Source: Candidatus Latescibacterota bacterium
GTDB taxonomy: Bacteria; Latescibacterota; UBA2968
Reading direction: 5' to 3'
Length of the DNA: 64,000 bases
Assembly: GCA_965207885.1 (NCBI GenBank)
Contig: OZ242311.1
Location: forward strand, 6,016,001-6,080,000
Under the pieces are notes generated by a model, which was not told where the DNA came from, ran no database searches, and worked only from the letters and a program-made list of their open reading frames with translations. Below, one piece after another: positions 47,983 to 57,895 of the stretch. The position numbers and the translations under genes are program-made. Each line of letters begins with the position of its first letter. The first letter of the stretch is position 1.

Positions 47983-48678
47983 ATGGCCAATCAGACGATT
48001 TTGCTGGTTGAAGACGATAGGGAATTGGCGGATTTGACGCGCGATTTTTTGCAGAATGAGGGATTTGTGGTCTGGCACGAGTCCGAGGGCAGAACTGCTC
48101 GAGATCGCATTTTGGCTTCTCCGCCCGATCTGATCATTCTGGATGTTATGTTGCCGGAGATGAACGGATATACTGTCTGCCGGGAAGTGCGTCCAGAATA
48201 CGATGGGCCAATTTTATTTTTGACGGCTCGAGATGACGAATTAGATGAAATTTTGGGTCTGGAGATGGGTGGTGATGATTATGTGACCAAACCCGTGCGA
48301 CCCCAATTGCTTCTGGCAAGGGTGCGCGCGTTGCTGCGCAGGGCTGTTAGTACCCAGAAGCCCACGGCGTCAAAGCGGGTGATGGTGGGAGATTTGATGG
48401 TGGATGCAAATCGCCGGGAGGTCAGGATGGGAGAACGCGTCGTTGACCTTACGACTTATGAATTTGATTTGCTCTATTATCTGGTCGTTCGAGCCGGTGA
48501 AGTGGTGAGTCGGCAGGATATTTATCAGGCGTTGTTTAACTACGATTACGATGGGTTGGATCGCAGCGTGGATGTGTACATTTCGCGCCTTCGCCAAAAA
48601 CTCGGCGGCGATGGTTCAACATCTGTTTCGATCAAGACCGTGCGCGGTGTGGGTTATCTGTTGGTCAGCGCGGAGTGA
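47983..48678 (+). CDS. OmpR-family response regulator (RstA-like)
   Basis: LLVEDD, ILDVMLP, DDYVTKP, DRSVDVYISRLR, IKTVRGVGY; start ATG 47983. Confidence 0.92.
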   Translation: MANQTILLVEDDRELADLTRDFLQNEGFVVWHESEGRTARDRILASPPDLIILDVMLPEMNGYTVCREVRPEYDGPILFLTARDDELDEILGLEMGGDDYVTKPVRPQLLLARVRALLRRAVSTQKPTASKRVMVGDLMVDANRREVRMGERVVDLTTYEFDLLYYLVVRAGEVVSRQDIYQALFNYDYDGLDRSVDVYISRLRQKLGGDGSTSVSIKTVRGVGYLLVSAE

Positions 48679-48691
48679 AAGCGAGTGACCG

Positions 48692-50068
48692 ATGAGGAAA
48701 CAATTTATCCGTATTTATGCGGGAATTGCCATTGTTCTGCTTTTGAGTGTGTTTGGTTTTTTGGCAATGTCAAAGCAGTGGGTCGCCTCTGTTCGGCAGG
48801 CTGATTTTGAGGACAAGACTCAGGCGCTTATTGCAATGGTTCGCGAGGAACTCGAGGCTGTGGATTCGGATCCCGTGGCGCAGTTGCTGGTGCTCAATAT
48901 GTTCAGTTTGACGCATCGCATGCCCATTACGCTGGAGCCGTTTTTTGTTTTGCCGCTTTCTTCGGCTGAGAAAGACGGTTTGAAAGCTGGAGAGGTTGTG
49001 ACTATTTCCATAGAGAAAAGATTGCAAACATACCAGATGGCACCCAATGGCGATGTTATTGTGTTGGGACCATACCTGCTCGAGGAGATGATTCGATGGC
49101 AGGATAATTTGATTGAAGAAGGAGATGGTGAGGGCGATGGCGGCAATTTCTTTTTTCAGATTGATGTTTTCTTTTTTGGTATTTTGGTCGCGATTTTGTT
49201 GGGTATAGGTGTGGCGATTTATTTTTTAATTCACCCTTTTGAACGTCGAATTTACGCATTGTCGGATGCCGCCGAGCGATTTGGGAGGGGTGATTTGAGC
49301 AGCCGGTCTCCAGTTGGGAAGGGCCATGCCGTGGCGAATTTGGCGCGCAGTTTCAATGGTATGGCCGATCGCATTGAGGGGTTAGTAGGTGGGCAGCGGG
49401 AGCTTTTGAGGGTGGTGTCGCACGAACTGAGAACACCTCTGGCACGTATTTTTTTTCTTCTCGATCACTATCGCGTATCGGGGGATCAGAGCGCGGATAT
49501 TCAGCGTATTGAACGTTCGGTTTATGAATTGAATGATCTGGTTGAAGAGTTGATGGATTTTGCGCGGTTGGATCGGGATATTTCACATCGCACAGAGATC
49601 GATGTTTGTGCACAAATGGGAGAGTTGCGCGAAATGGTAGCAGAATTGCGCGGAGATATTTCCGTGGATATCGATAGTGAACACCTGATGGTCTGGGCAA
49701 ATGAGACGTATTTCAAACGCGCGCTTACCAATCTGGTTACCAATGCAGTACGACATGCCAGGCACCATATCTGGATTACAGCCAAAAAAGTGGATGAAAT
49801 GGCGCATATCAGTGTGGAAGATGATGGTTGTGGTATTCCCAAACATTTGAGAGAGAAAATATTTGAGCCTTTTTATCGGGTGGATGAAGATTCAAAGACT
49901 GGCGGCACGGGCCTGGGGTTGGCGATTGTAAAGCGCATTGTGATGCAAAATGACGGACAGGTGCAGGTAGAGAACAGGACAGAGGGTGGGGCGAGGTTTA
50001 TATTGATGTTTCCGCTTGGAGAAAAAATAAAGATCGGAACAAGACGGGCAATGGATTTGTCAAAATAG
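48692..50068 (+). CDS. Sensor histidine kinase with HAMP domain
   Basis: VSHELRTPL, NLVTNAVRH, VEDDGCGI, GTGLGLAIV. Confidence 0.92.
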   Translation: MRKQFIRIYAGIAIVLLLSVFGFLAMSKQWVASVRQADFEDKTQALIAMVREELEAVDSDPVAQLLVLNMFSLTHRMPITLEPFFVLPLSSAEKDGLKAGEVVTISIEKRLQTYQMAPNGDVIVLGPYLLEEMIRWQDNLIEEGDGEGDGGNFFFQIDVFFFGILVAILLGIGVAIYFLIHPFERRIYALSDAAERFGRGDLSSRSPVGKGHAVANLARSFNGMADRIEGLVGGQRELLRVVSHELRTPLARIFFLLDHYRVSGDQSADIQRIERSVYELNDLVEELMDFARLDRDISHRTEIDVCAQMGELREMVAELRGDISVDIDSEHLMVWANETYFKRALTNLVTNAVRHARHHIWITAKKVDEMAHISVEDDGCGIPKHLREKIFEPFYRVDEDSKTGGTGLGLAIVKRIVMQNDGQVQVENRTEGGARFILMFPLGEKIKIGTRRAMDLSK

Positions 50069-50100
50069 ATGTTAGCCCCTAACTTCGGATTTTACAGGAA

Positions 50101-50835
50101 ATGGCAGATATGAAACGATATTTAATTGCTATATTTTTGATAATTGCAATGCTGTGGTGCGATGCGTTTGCTAATACACAAGAAAAACAGGAGGCGTCGC
50201 CACCGGCTTTTGTCGATGAGGATGGCGATGGTATCGATGATCGCGTGACCTTCCGCCATCGTCAAGGTCTGCGATCTCGGGGAAGTGCGCTGTTGTGGGT
50301 GCTCTCAGCGCAATTGACAAAAGCGCAGCGAACTACTCTGCAGGCCAGGATCAATAAATTACTCGCGGAAGAGGCAACACCCCGTGAGATTAGAAGGGCT
50401 ATTTTTGCCGAACTCGAGGGTTTTGGTGTAGATTTAACAGAAACATTTTTGACGCGATTAAATGCAGTGTTGACAGAAGATCAGATGTCTGCACTTCGCA
50501 AAAAGGCCGAGGATCTAAAAGCGAATGGTGCGACCTATTACAGGATTTACAGAGAGATACGCGACGAGTTGGCTGTTATGGGAATTAATTGGGAGGGGCA
50601 GAGACCGGATTACTCTGGTTCTCAGTTGACAGAAGGCGAGATGTCTGAACTTCAAAAAAAAATTGACAAACTAATTGCCGATGGTGCCTCTCGCGTTGAA
50701 ATTCAGAAAGCCATTCATGCAGAGTTGGAAGAGATAAAGCGGCGCAATAGACGTAGAAGTCGCACTGCGGATGATCGCGGTGGTCCTCCGCCGAGATCAC
50801 CTGAGAGAGAAAGAAGCGGGAAGCAGGGAAACTGA
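50101..50835 (+). CDS. Exported helical-repeat hypothetical protein
   Basis: Signal peptide; FVDEDGDGIDD; three LT..Q...L...I..L.A.GA...EI..AI..EL repeats. Confidence 0.6.
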   Translation: MADMKRYLIAIFLIIAMLWCDAFANTQEKQEASPPAFVDEDGDGIDDRVTFRHRQGLRSRGSALLWVLSAQLTKAQRTTLQARINKLLAEEATPREIRRAIFAELEGFGVDLTETFLTRLNAVLTEDQMSALRKKAEDLKANGATYYRIYREIRDELAVMGINWEGQRPDYSGSQLTEGEMSELQKKIDKLIADGASRVEIQKAIHAELEEIKRRNRRRSRTADDRGGPPPRSPERERSGKQGN

Positions 50836-50836
50836 A

Positions 50837-53224
50837 TCAATCCGAAAGGGGAAAAAGCGTTTCAAATATTTTGTCCGTTCGGTTTTGCCAACTCGCCCAA
50901 CCCGCGCCGTCGTTTACTTCGCCTCCAGTAAAGGTATAACCTCTCTTTTTTAGTAGTTGGGCAAACGATGCCGTGCTTTTGCCCAGATCATTTCCCTCCA
51001 TTGGGCTTCGCAAGTCGTATTTTCCCCAGTCCAGATAAATATCTATGGGCATTTGTTTTGTTGCCTGAAAGACCATGTCTGCATCTTTGGCTTCTGCGGT
51101 CTGATCCCAGGATAGGGATTGTATGCCTATTTTGCCAAATATGTCGGGATGTGTAAAGGTGGCGTAAAATGCCATAAATCCACCGTAAATTGTCCCGATA
51201 TTTGCACGACCTTCGCGGCTTTTGATCGTGCGATATGTCCGGTCAATGTAGGGTACGATCTCATTTGTAAAAATCCGATTGTACGCATCGCGGTTTGCCC
51301 CTACGTATTCTGCGTATCCTCCTCTGAAGAGAGAGGGGACAAAGACCGCGATTACGGGGCGCACGCGCTTGCCGATGATATTGTCCAGCGAGATATTCAT
51401 TTTTCCAAGGGACCACTGCCGGCGCGCAGCGTGAACATACACGACGGGGTATTGTTCGTTGCTTTTATCGTAACCCGGTGGGAGATAGATTTCTAAGTTG
51501 CGCTGTCTCCCAATTTCCGCACTTTCAAAACGCATGGTATCAATTTTGCCGTGAATACCGTCTCGTCGCGCTTTGAGATGGTCGGGAGTTTGCCAGCGCG
51601 GCATGCCGAAATAGGAAGCGCGGCCAAAGAAGAGGGTTCGAATCTGTCGCGGGTTGAGGGGGTCGGGGATGGATCGCTGTAAGTCCAGGGTGTAGCGATA
51701 GGTGATGCGGGCGTCGGGTTCGAGTTGTGCAGTGGAATAGAAGAAGTCCGTTCCCTCAATTCGGCGCATGGGGTGGTCGTATCGCCGCCCTACGTGGTCG
51801 CCGGTTATGGTGACGTCTTCGGCTTTGCCGCGATATACAAAATGCACGAGGTTCTCGCCTTCAAGGATTGGGAAGTTTTTCTGTTGTGCCATGAATTGAT
51901 CGATTTGCGTTTTTTTGTCTGTGGATTGTTTTACTTTTTCGACAAATTGTGCAAAGCGCGAGTTTGGCGCGATGTCTTCTGCGTCTGATTTTGCGATTTG
52001 TGTTTCTGGCACGACTTCAATACAGGCGATTTCCGACATGCTGCGCGCGTAAAACCTGCCATTGGCCAGGCTGGCATGCGTCCAGGCAATTTCGTCGAAG
52101 AGTTTCAAACGGGCTGTTTCGCGGTATCCCTCACCCGAAGCCTGCACGACGGCGAGGTCGCCTTCTTTTGTCATGATTACGAGGTGATTATCCACGATGA
52201 TGGGGAAGCCATCTCCCGGCTCGCGTGACCGCCATAAGCGGTTTCCGGTGTTTGTATCGATGCATGTGAGTATGCGACCGTTATATCCAAATAGAAATTT
52301 TGCGTTAAATACCGCATAGCTGTATGTTCCCCGAATGTGGCGCGTCCGCCAGATTTCCTCTGCGGCAAAGGTTTCGCTGTCGGCTCTCAAGCCGATTAGC
52401 ATGCCGCCGTTTTTCACAAAATATCGCCCTTCGCCAATCTCGACGGGATGCCCGCTGGTATGCCCCGCACCGGTCTGCCCGCGGTGTGCAAATTGCCACA
52501 GGATTTCACCGGTTTCGGGAGATAATCCCGCGAGATATTTGTTGCCGAAGAAGACGAGGTGTTTGCGGTTGTCAAAGGCGAATAGGCCAGGCGATTGGTA
52601 GTTGACCGAGTCGCTAAATGCCGACCAGATCAAGTCGCCTGATGCGGGATTATAAGCGGAGACTGCATGTGTTCCACCGGTTTGGACGATCAGGCGATTG
52701 TCGTGTAAAATTGGGGATGAGGTAAAGCCCCAAAATGGCACTGTGGCACGATGGGTTGCGACGAGGTCTATCGCCCAGAGTTCTTTTCCTGTATTCGCGT
52801 CGAGTGCGAATAATTTTCCCCGGGGTCCTAATGCGATGACTTTGTTTTCTGTCAATATCGGCGTTGATAGGGGACCGCTCTGCGAGCCGTAGTGACCGAG
52901 ATATGCGGTGCCGATTTTGTATTTCCATCGTTCTGATCCATCTTCTGTGTTGAGGCCGATGACGTAATCAAAGGTTTCATCGGAGTACATGGTTACAGCG
53001 AGGTCGCCGCGAATCGAGATGGATGAGTAGCCAGCGCCGAGGGGCTTTTTCCAGACGATTTTTAGGGCGTAGTTTTGATCGGGGGGGAAAACGCCTGCAT
53101 CGTTGACTCTAAAGTCTCTGTTGGGTCCGCCCCAGTTCGGCCAGTCCGCTTTCGCGTCTGCTGGTTGGCAGAAGAGCAAAATTAGAAGAAGTATTTTTGC
53201 GCGGTTGTTCATTGCTTTTCCCAT
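50837..53224 (-). CDS. PQQ-like beta-propeller fused to a Fes-type alpha/beta hydrolase
   Basis: DWPNWGGPNR and propeller repeats; FVYRG...YRY..D....DPLNP; IYLPPGY...YPVVY; nucleophile elbow reads GTIYGG. Confidence 0.8.
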   Translation of the reverse strand: MGKAMNNRAKILLLILLFCQPADAKADWPNWGGPNRDFRVNDAGVFPPDQNYALKIVWKKPLGAGYSSISIRGDLAVTMYSDETFDYVIGLNTEDGSERWKYKIGTAYLGHYGSQSGPLSTPILTENKVIALGPRGKLFALDANTGKELWAIDLVATHRATVPFWGFTSSPILHDNRLIVQTGGTHAVSAYNPASGDLIWSAFSDSVNYQSPGLFAFDNRKHLVFFGNKYLAGLSPETGEILWQFAHRGQTGAGHTSGHPVEIGEGRYFVKNGGMLIGLRADSETFAAEEIWRTRHIRGTYSYAVFNAKFLFGYNGRILTCIDTNTGNRLWRSREPGDGFPIIVDNHLVIMTKEGDLAVVQASGEGYRETARLKLFDEIAWTHASLANGRFYARSMSEIACIEVVPETQIAKSDAEDIAPNSRFAQFVEKVKQSTDKKTQIDQFMAQQKNFPILEGENLVHFVYRGKAEDVTITGDHVGRRYDHPMRRIEGTDFFYSTAQLEPDARITYRYTLDLQRSIPDPLNPRQIRTLFFGRASYFGMPRWQTPDHLKARRDGIHGKIDTMRFESAEIGRQRNLEIYLPPGYDKSNEQYPVVYVHAARRQWSLGKMNISLDNIIGKRVRPVIAVFVPSLFRGGYAEYVGANRDAYNRIFTNEIVPYIDRTYRTIKSREGRANIGTIYGGFMAFYATFTHPDIFGKIGIQSLSWDQTAEAKDADMVFQATKQMPIDIYLDWGKYDLRSPMEGNDLGKSTASFAQLLKKRGYTFTGGEVNDGAGWASWQNRTDKIFETLFPLSD

Positions 53225-53226
53225 CT

Positions 53227-53736
53227 CTATTTTTGTCGCCAGATTTCCCAGACGAGGTGTGAGAGTTCGGGTACGATGAGTTTTTCCATGGCGAGTTGCA
53301 CGGCGCCAGATGATCCCGGCATGCAGAAGATCATGGTGTCTTTGTACACGCCTGCTACGGCGCGAGAGAGCATGGCGCCCGAGCCGATGTCTTCCCAGGA
53401 GAGAAAGCGAAATACTTCGCCAAATCCATCGAGGCGTTTGTCGAGCAGGCTTGTGACGGCTTCATAGGTGGTGTCGCGCGCGGCAATGCCGGTGCCGCCA
53501 TTGGTGAGGATGACGTGGCATTCGCCTTTTTCGGCGATTTGTTTGATAAGCGCGCGTATCTGGTCGGCTTCGTCTTTGACTACGCGGTAAAACGCGATGC
53601 TGTGACCGGCGGCTTCGACCAGTTCTTTTATGATTTTGCCGCTTTTGTCATCGGCTTCGGTGCGCGTGTCGCTGATGGTGAGTACAGCACAGGTGACGGG
53701 GTCTTTGGCCTGTTCAATGTGATCTGTGTAAGGCAT
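53227..53736 (-). CDS. moaB: Molybdenum cofactor biosynthesis protein MoaB/MogA
   Basis: VLTISDTRT..DDKSG, TNGGTG..RDTT.EA, AMLSRAVAG, MPGS. Confidence 0.9.
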   Translation of the reverse strand: MPYTDHIEQAKDPVTCAVLTISDTRTEADDKSGKIIKELVEAAGHSIAFYRVVKDEADQIRALIKQIAEKGECHVILTNGGTGIAARDTTYEAVTSLLDKRLDGFGEVFRFLSWEDIGSGAMLSRAVAGVYKDTMIFCMPGSSGAVQLAMEKLIVPELSHLVWEIWRQK

Positions 53737-53779
53737 GGGGAACTCCGGGATGAAAGCAGATGTGATAATATTATTAATT

Positions 53780-53805
53780 GTAGGGGCGACCCCCTGTGGT
53801 CGCCC
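53780..53805 (+). repeat. GTAG-type REP
   Basis: GTAGGGGCGACCCCCTGTGGTCGCCC. Confidence 0.65.
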
Positions 53806-53811
53806 GATAGT

Positions 53812-54582
53812 TCAAGACAAACCCATGGCGCGGAGGTTGTCGTAGCTGATTTTGAGGCTGTCGAAGGGGTCGCGGTTGTAGCAGCGGTCCTGTTCGACGA
53901 TGTACCAGCGCGTGCCGGATTCGCGCCCGGCTTCAAAGATGGCGGGCCAGTTGAGGTTGCCTTCGCCAACTTCGGCAAAGCGGGTTTCGCGGCCTTCAAT
54001 GGCCATGTCTTTGACGTGGACGAGGTCTATGCGGGTGTTGGCTTTGCGGATCCATTCGGCGGGGTCGCCCCCTCCTGCCTGTACCCAGTACACGTCGATT
54101 TCGAGTTGTACTGCTTTGGGGTCTGTTTCTTGCAGGATGATTTCAAGGGCGGTGCGGTTGCCGAATTTTTGAAATTCAAAGTTGTGATTGTGATATGCAA
54201 AGGTCAGGCCCGCGTCGGCGAGTTTGTGGCCGACTTCGGAGGCGTCTTTGGCAAAGCGGATATATCCGGCTTCGCCGTCTTCCCGATAAGACGCGGGGAG
54301 GCTGCCGATGGCGGGGTATTTGCAGTTCCAGAGGTGGTGTTCGTCTATGACGGCTTGTGTGTCGTCGCGCATGCGGTCAAAGCCGGTGTGTGTAGCACAG
54401 ATTTCAATGTCGTTGTCATCGGCTATTTTTTTTAGTTCTGCGGGGTCAATGGGACCAAAGCCGGAGACTTGCATGGCGTCGTAACCAATGGCTTTTACTT
54501 TTTTTACGGATTCGACAATGTCTGAGATGGTTTTGGTGAAGTCGCGCACGGTGTACATTTGCGCGGCGATCATGGTTGGCAT
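53812..54582 (-). CDS. Sugar phosphate isomerase/epimerase (xylose isomerase-like TIM barrel)
   Basis: QMYTVRD, YHNHNFEF, EIDVYW, HVKD, VEQD. Confidence 0.88.
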   Translation of the reverse strand: MPTMIAAQMYTVRDFTKTISDIVESVKKVKAIGYDAMQVSGFGPIDPAELKKIADDNDIEICATHTGFDRMRDDTQAVIDEHHLWNCKYPAIGSLPASYREDGEAGYIRFAKDASEVGHKLADAGLTFAYHNHNFEFQKFGNRTALEIILQETDPKAVQLEIDVYWVQAGGGDPAEWIRKANTRIDLVHVKDMAIEGRETRFAEVGEGNLNWPAIFEAGRESGTRWYIVEQDRCYNRDPFDSLKISYDNLRAMGLS

Positions 54583-54759
54583 TTTGGGCTCCTTGGATGG
54601 AAGTGTGAGGTGAAAAGTGTGAAGTGTGAAAAATAATATAGACAGGGCATGGATGCCAGAATTTTATGGATGGGATTTTTCTGGATTGTTGCGGGGTGAA
54701 CGTTTATTTTACAATTGTTACCGTATGACGATTTGTTTATCACTGGCTGGGGAGAGATC

Positions 54760-57000
54760 ATGTCGAATATGAAGGCGTTGGCAGAAAGGCAAGGGGAGCG
54801 CAATGATGCGCTGTTGAAGGATACGCAGTTTCTCGGGGATGAGATCGCGTCCGATGTTCTGGGGCTGCATATTAATATTGCTGCGACGGAAGAGCTTGGA
54901 GAAGCGGAAGACCGGGCGTTGACGGCGTTGCAGATTGAGGGCGCGCGCACGGCGATTCGGGCGCTGTCATCGTTGGCTGAGATTGGGGAATTAGATCATT
55001 TGGGCGGGGGATTGGAGTTGATTCCGGGGTTGTTGATGACGCTGTCTGTGGCGGATTACGATACGCGTACTTATACGATTGAGCACGCGCATACGAGTGT
55101 CGGGTATTATTCGGCGTTGGCGGCGTTTGGTTTTGTGGCGGCAGAGGGCGTTGTCGAGAGGTTTCGGCGCGGGCTGGATTTTCCCGGGCACGTGGCATGG
55201 TTGCCGGGGGGAACACAGCTCAATGGTGGGCGTTTGGGGGTGATGATTCCGGTGGCTGTGGGGCTGGCTTTGGGCAAGAAGGCATTGTGTGACGATGCGT
55301 GGGTGATTGCCCATTGCGGGGATGCGGGGTGGATTTCAGGGCAGGGACTGAATGGGTTTAATGGGGCGAGTGTACACGGTGCGCCGATTACTTATGTGAT
55401 GCACCGTAATGGCATTCAGTTGTCGGGTAGTACGGCGAGTATTATGGATGTGGATCCGCGAAGTGCTATTTCGGCGATGGGTGTGGAGGTGCTGGAGGTT
55501 GCGTCGCTTCACGATAATGCCGCGCTTTATCGGGCTTACCGAGAGGGGTATGGTCTCGCGCAGCAGGGCAGACCGAGTCTGATTTATCCCACGGGGTTTT
55601 CCGGGGAGGATGTGACGCTGAGGACTTTTGGCGAGCGCTATGGGGTGACTGAGGCGGTGGAGGCGTTTGCCGCGCAACACGATGTGCCGATGGATAAGCA
55701 GGTGTGGATTCCGGGGTCGCTGATGAGTTTTCGGGATACAGAGCCGATGCTGGAGTGTTTGTTTTTGGTGAATGATTTACCGGGTGGAGAGAATCATCAC
55801 GATGGGAGTATGCAGGGGCGCGTTGAGGCAGAGGTGCTCGGTGGGGCGATGTTTGAGGCGACGGCTGATCAAGCAGGGGCGCTTGCAATGCTCCGGCAGA
55901 ATGGATCGCGCACGGTTATTACGAGGGCGCGGCCAGCACCCGGTAGTGCGAATTTGGAGATTCCGGCGAGGAAGGCAGCGGCGGCTGATTTGCCGACTGA
56001 GAAGGCGAGTCCGCGCGATGGTGCAGCGGCGGCTTATGCTCTGGTGGCTGAGGCGCATCCCGATCGCGTGTTTGTGGTGAGTTGCGATTTGGATCCTTCA
56101 ACGAAGTTGGCGGCTGCTCGGGCGCATTTGTCAGACGATCACCAGTTTGAGATGAGTATTGAGGAGCAAGCCGCGACGCTTATCGCCAATGGTCTGGCGA
56201 TGAGTTCGCACGAGCCGCAGCTCAATGTGGTTTCGACTTTTGCCGCGTTTTTTGAGGGGATTGCGCGCGAGGGGTTTGATATGTGGCAGTATCAGCGCAA
56301 TTTGAATGGGGTGAATGAGGGTATTAATGTGGTGTTTCATCTCTCTCATGTGGGCGCGTGTACAGGGCGCGATCACTTTTCGGGTTGGGGGCTTGACTGG
56401 ATTAATGTGGGGTTGACGTATTTGCCCTATTTGCACCGGTTTTACGCACCGGCAGATGCGCGTGTGGCGTTTTTGGCGGTGAAGGATATGGCGGCGCATT
56501 ACGGCGGGCATATTATTGGGGTGCCGCGCGATTCGGGTTTGCCGGTTTTGCAAAAGCAGGATGGGTCGGGATTTTTGTGGAATCCGGGGGAGGCGTGGGA
56601 GCCGATTACGACTTTCCGCAAATACGATGGGGCAAGGCATGCGATTCTGGGTTTTGGCGCGCCAGCTTTTTTGGGTGCGGAGGCTGCCGAGGTTTTGCTC
56701 GCGCAGGGCAAGCCAACAGATGTGTATGTGGTGAATGGGTTGCCATTGTCCGATGGGGCGTTGAATGAGGTGCTGGAGAATTACGAGGGTGTGGCGACGA
56801 TTGAAGATGGAAAGATTGGGACGCCTGAGACGGGTTTGCGCGGGTTTGCAGGGTTGGTGGGTTCGTCGTGCAACATTGCCCACGCGCATGTGGGGATTAC
56901 AGATCCGAGGATTGCACCGTCAGAAGGCCTCGAAGCGACCTGGGCACATTTTGGGATTACTACAGAGGCACTTGTTGAGGCGGTGGAGTCGTTGTCGTAA
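54760..57000 (+). CDS. Divergent transketolase-like TPP enzyme
   Basis: DHLGGGL, IEHAH, PGHV, GDAG...HRN TPP motif, DL..ST, SIEEQ, STFAAF, SHVG..TGRDH; start ATG 54760. Confidence 0.75.
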   Translation: MSNMKALAERQGERNDALLKDTQFLGDEIASDVLGLHINIAATEELGEAEDRALTALQIEGARTAIRALSSLAEIGELDHLGGGLELIPGLLMTLSVADYDTRTYTIEHAHTSVGYYSALAAFGFVAAEGVVERFRRGLDFPGHVAWLPGGTQLNGGRLGVMIPVAVGLALGKKALCDDAWVIAHCGDAGWISGQGLNGFNGASVHGAPITYVMHRNGIQLSGSTASIMDVDPRSAISAMGVEVLEVASLHDNAALYRAYREGYGLAQQGRPSLIYPTGFSGEDVTLRTFGERYGVTEAVEAFAAQHDVPMDKQVWIPGSLMSFRDTEPMLECLFLVNDLPGGENHHDGSMQGRVEAEVLGGAMFEATADQAGALAMLRQNGSRTVITRARPAPGSANLEIPARKAAAADLPTEKASPRDGAAAAYALVAEAHPDRVFVVSCDLDPSTKLAAARAHLSDDHQFEMSIEEQAATLIANGLAMSSHEPQLNVVSTFAAFFEGIAREGFDMWQYQRNLNGVNEGINVVFHLSHVGACTGRDHFSGWGLDWINVGLTYLPYLHRFYAPADARVAFLAVKDMAAHYGGHIIGVPRDSGLPVLQKQDGSGFLWNPGEAWEPITTFRKYDGARHAILGFGAPAFLGAEAAEVLLAQGKPTDVYVVNGLPLSDGALNEVLENYEGVATIEDGKIGTPETGLRGFAGLVGSSCNIAHAHVGITDPRIAPSEGLEATWAHFGITTEALVEAVESLS

Positions 57001-57051
57001 ATATGCGAGAAACTGATGCGTAAACAGTGTCTGTCCGGGTATCAAAAATTC

Positions 57052-57134
57052 TGCTAATTATTTCGCACTCTTGCCTTGACAACGAGTTTTTAATTGGCTA
57101 TTTTTTTCAAATGTATGTGCTAATTATTTCGCAC
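57052..57134 (+). promoter_or_regulatory. Promoter flanked by two identical 17-bp operator-like sites
   Basis: TGCTAATTATTTCGCAC at 57052 and 57118; TTGACA 57076, 17 nt, TATTTT 57099. Confidence 0.7.
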
Positions 57135-57151
57135 AGCATCATTACATAGAA

Positions 57152-57871
57152 ATGAATACGCTCGCATTTTCTGGAGGTATGCTCATGTTTAAGTATGTCA
57201 GGACATTGATTTTCCTGCTTCTACCTGCCTATGTACACGCAGCGCCAACCGCATCAGATTGCGATTTCAATAACAGCGGCAAAGTGGATTTTGCCGATTT
57301 TATCGCATTTTCACAGGGGTATGGGACAACCCAGACCCGGTTTGACCTGAACGGAGATGGCACAGTCACCTTTCAGGACTTTGTCATTTTTGCCCAGTTC
57401 TACGGGCAGACCATCACACCCCCTCCGCCAACCACCGACGCTCCCATTGGCATTCGAGTTGGGATGCAAGCTCCCGACTTTACGCTGAGCACTCTTACTG
57501 GTGAGCGGTTCAATCTCTATGAACAGCGCGGCAAGCCCGTGTTCCTCAACTTCTGGGGAACCTGGTGTGGTCCCTGTGTTGCCGAAATGCCCGATATACA
57601 AAAGTTGCAAAATACTATGGGTGATTCTATCCAGATCGTCGGTATTGGCGTACGAGACACGCGCATCCAGGAGCTGCGTTTTATCAGAAGATATGGCTAT
57701 ACCTGGACTTTTGTTCTCGACTTGACAGGAGAAGCGCGCAATGTGTATGAGGTCTCGTCCTATCCCACCTCGCTGTTTTTGGACGCCAAAGGTGTGATTG
57801 TCCGCGTATTGCGCGGTTCTCGGAATTACGAAACGTTCTTGGAAGCGGCGCGACAGGCGATTAATAATTAA
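57152..57871 (+). CDS. Secreted TlpA-type thioredoxin with N-terminal dockerin-like module
   Basis: DFNNSGKVDFADF...DLNGDGTVTFQDF; APDFTL, FWGTWCGPCVAEMP, YPTS. Start may be 57179 or 57185. Confidence 0.85.
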   Translation: MNTLAFSGGMLMFKYVRTLIFLLLPAYVHAAPTASDCDFNNSGKVDFADFIAFSQGYGTTQTRFDLNGDGTVTFQDFVIFAQFYGQTITPPPPTTDAPIGIRVGMQAPDFTLSTLTGERFNLYEQRGKPVFLNFWGTWCGPCVAEMPDIQKLQNTMGDSIQIVGIGVRDTRIQELRFIRRYGYTWTFVLDLTGEARNVYEVSSYPTSLFLDAKGVIVRVLRGSRNYETFLEAARQAINN

Positions 57872-57895
57872 AGGCGGTTAGCTAATCTGTAGCTC

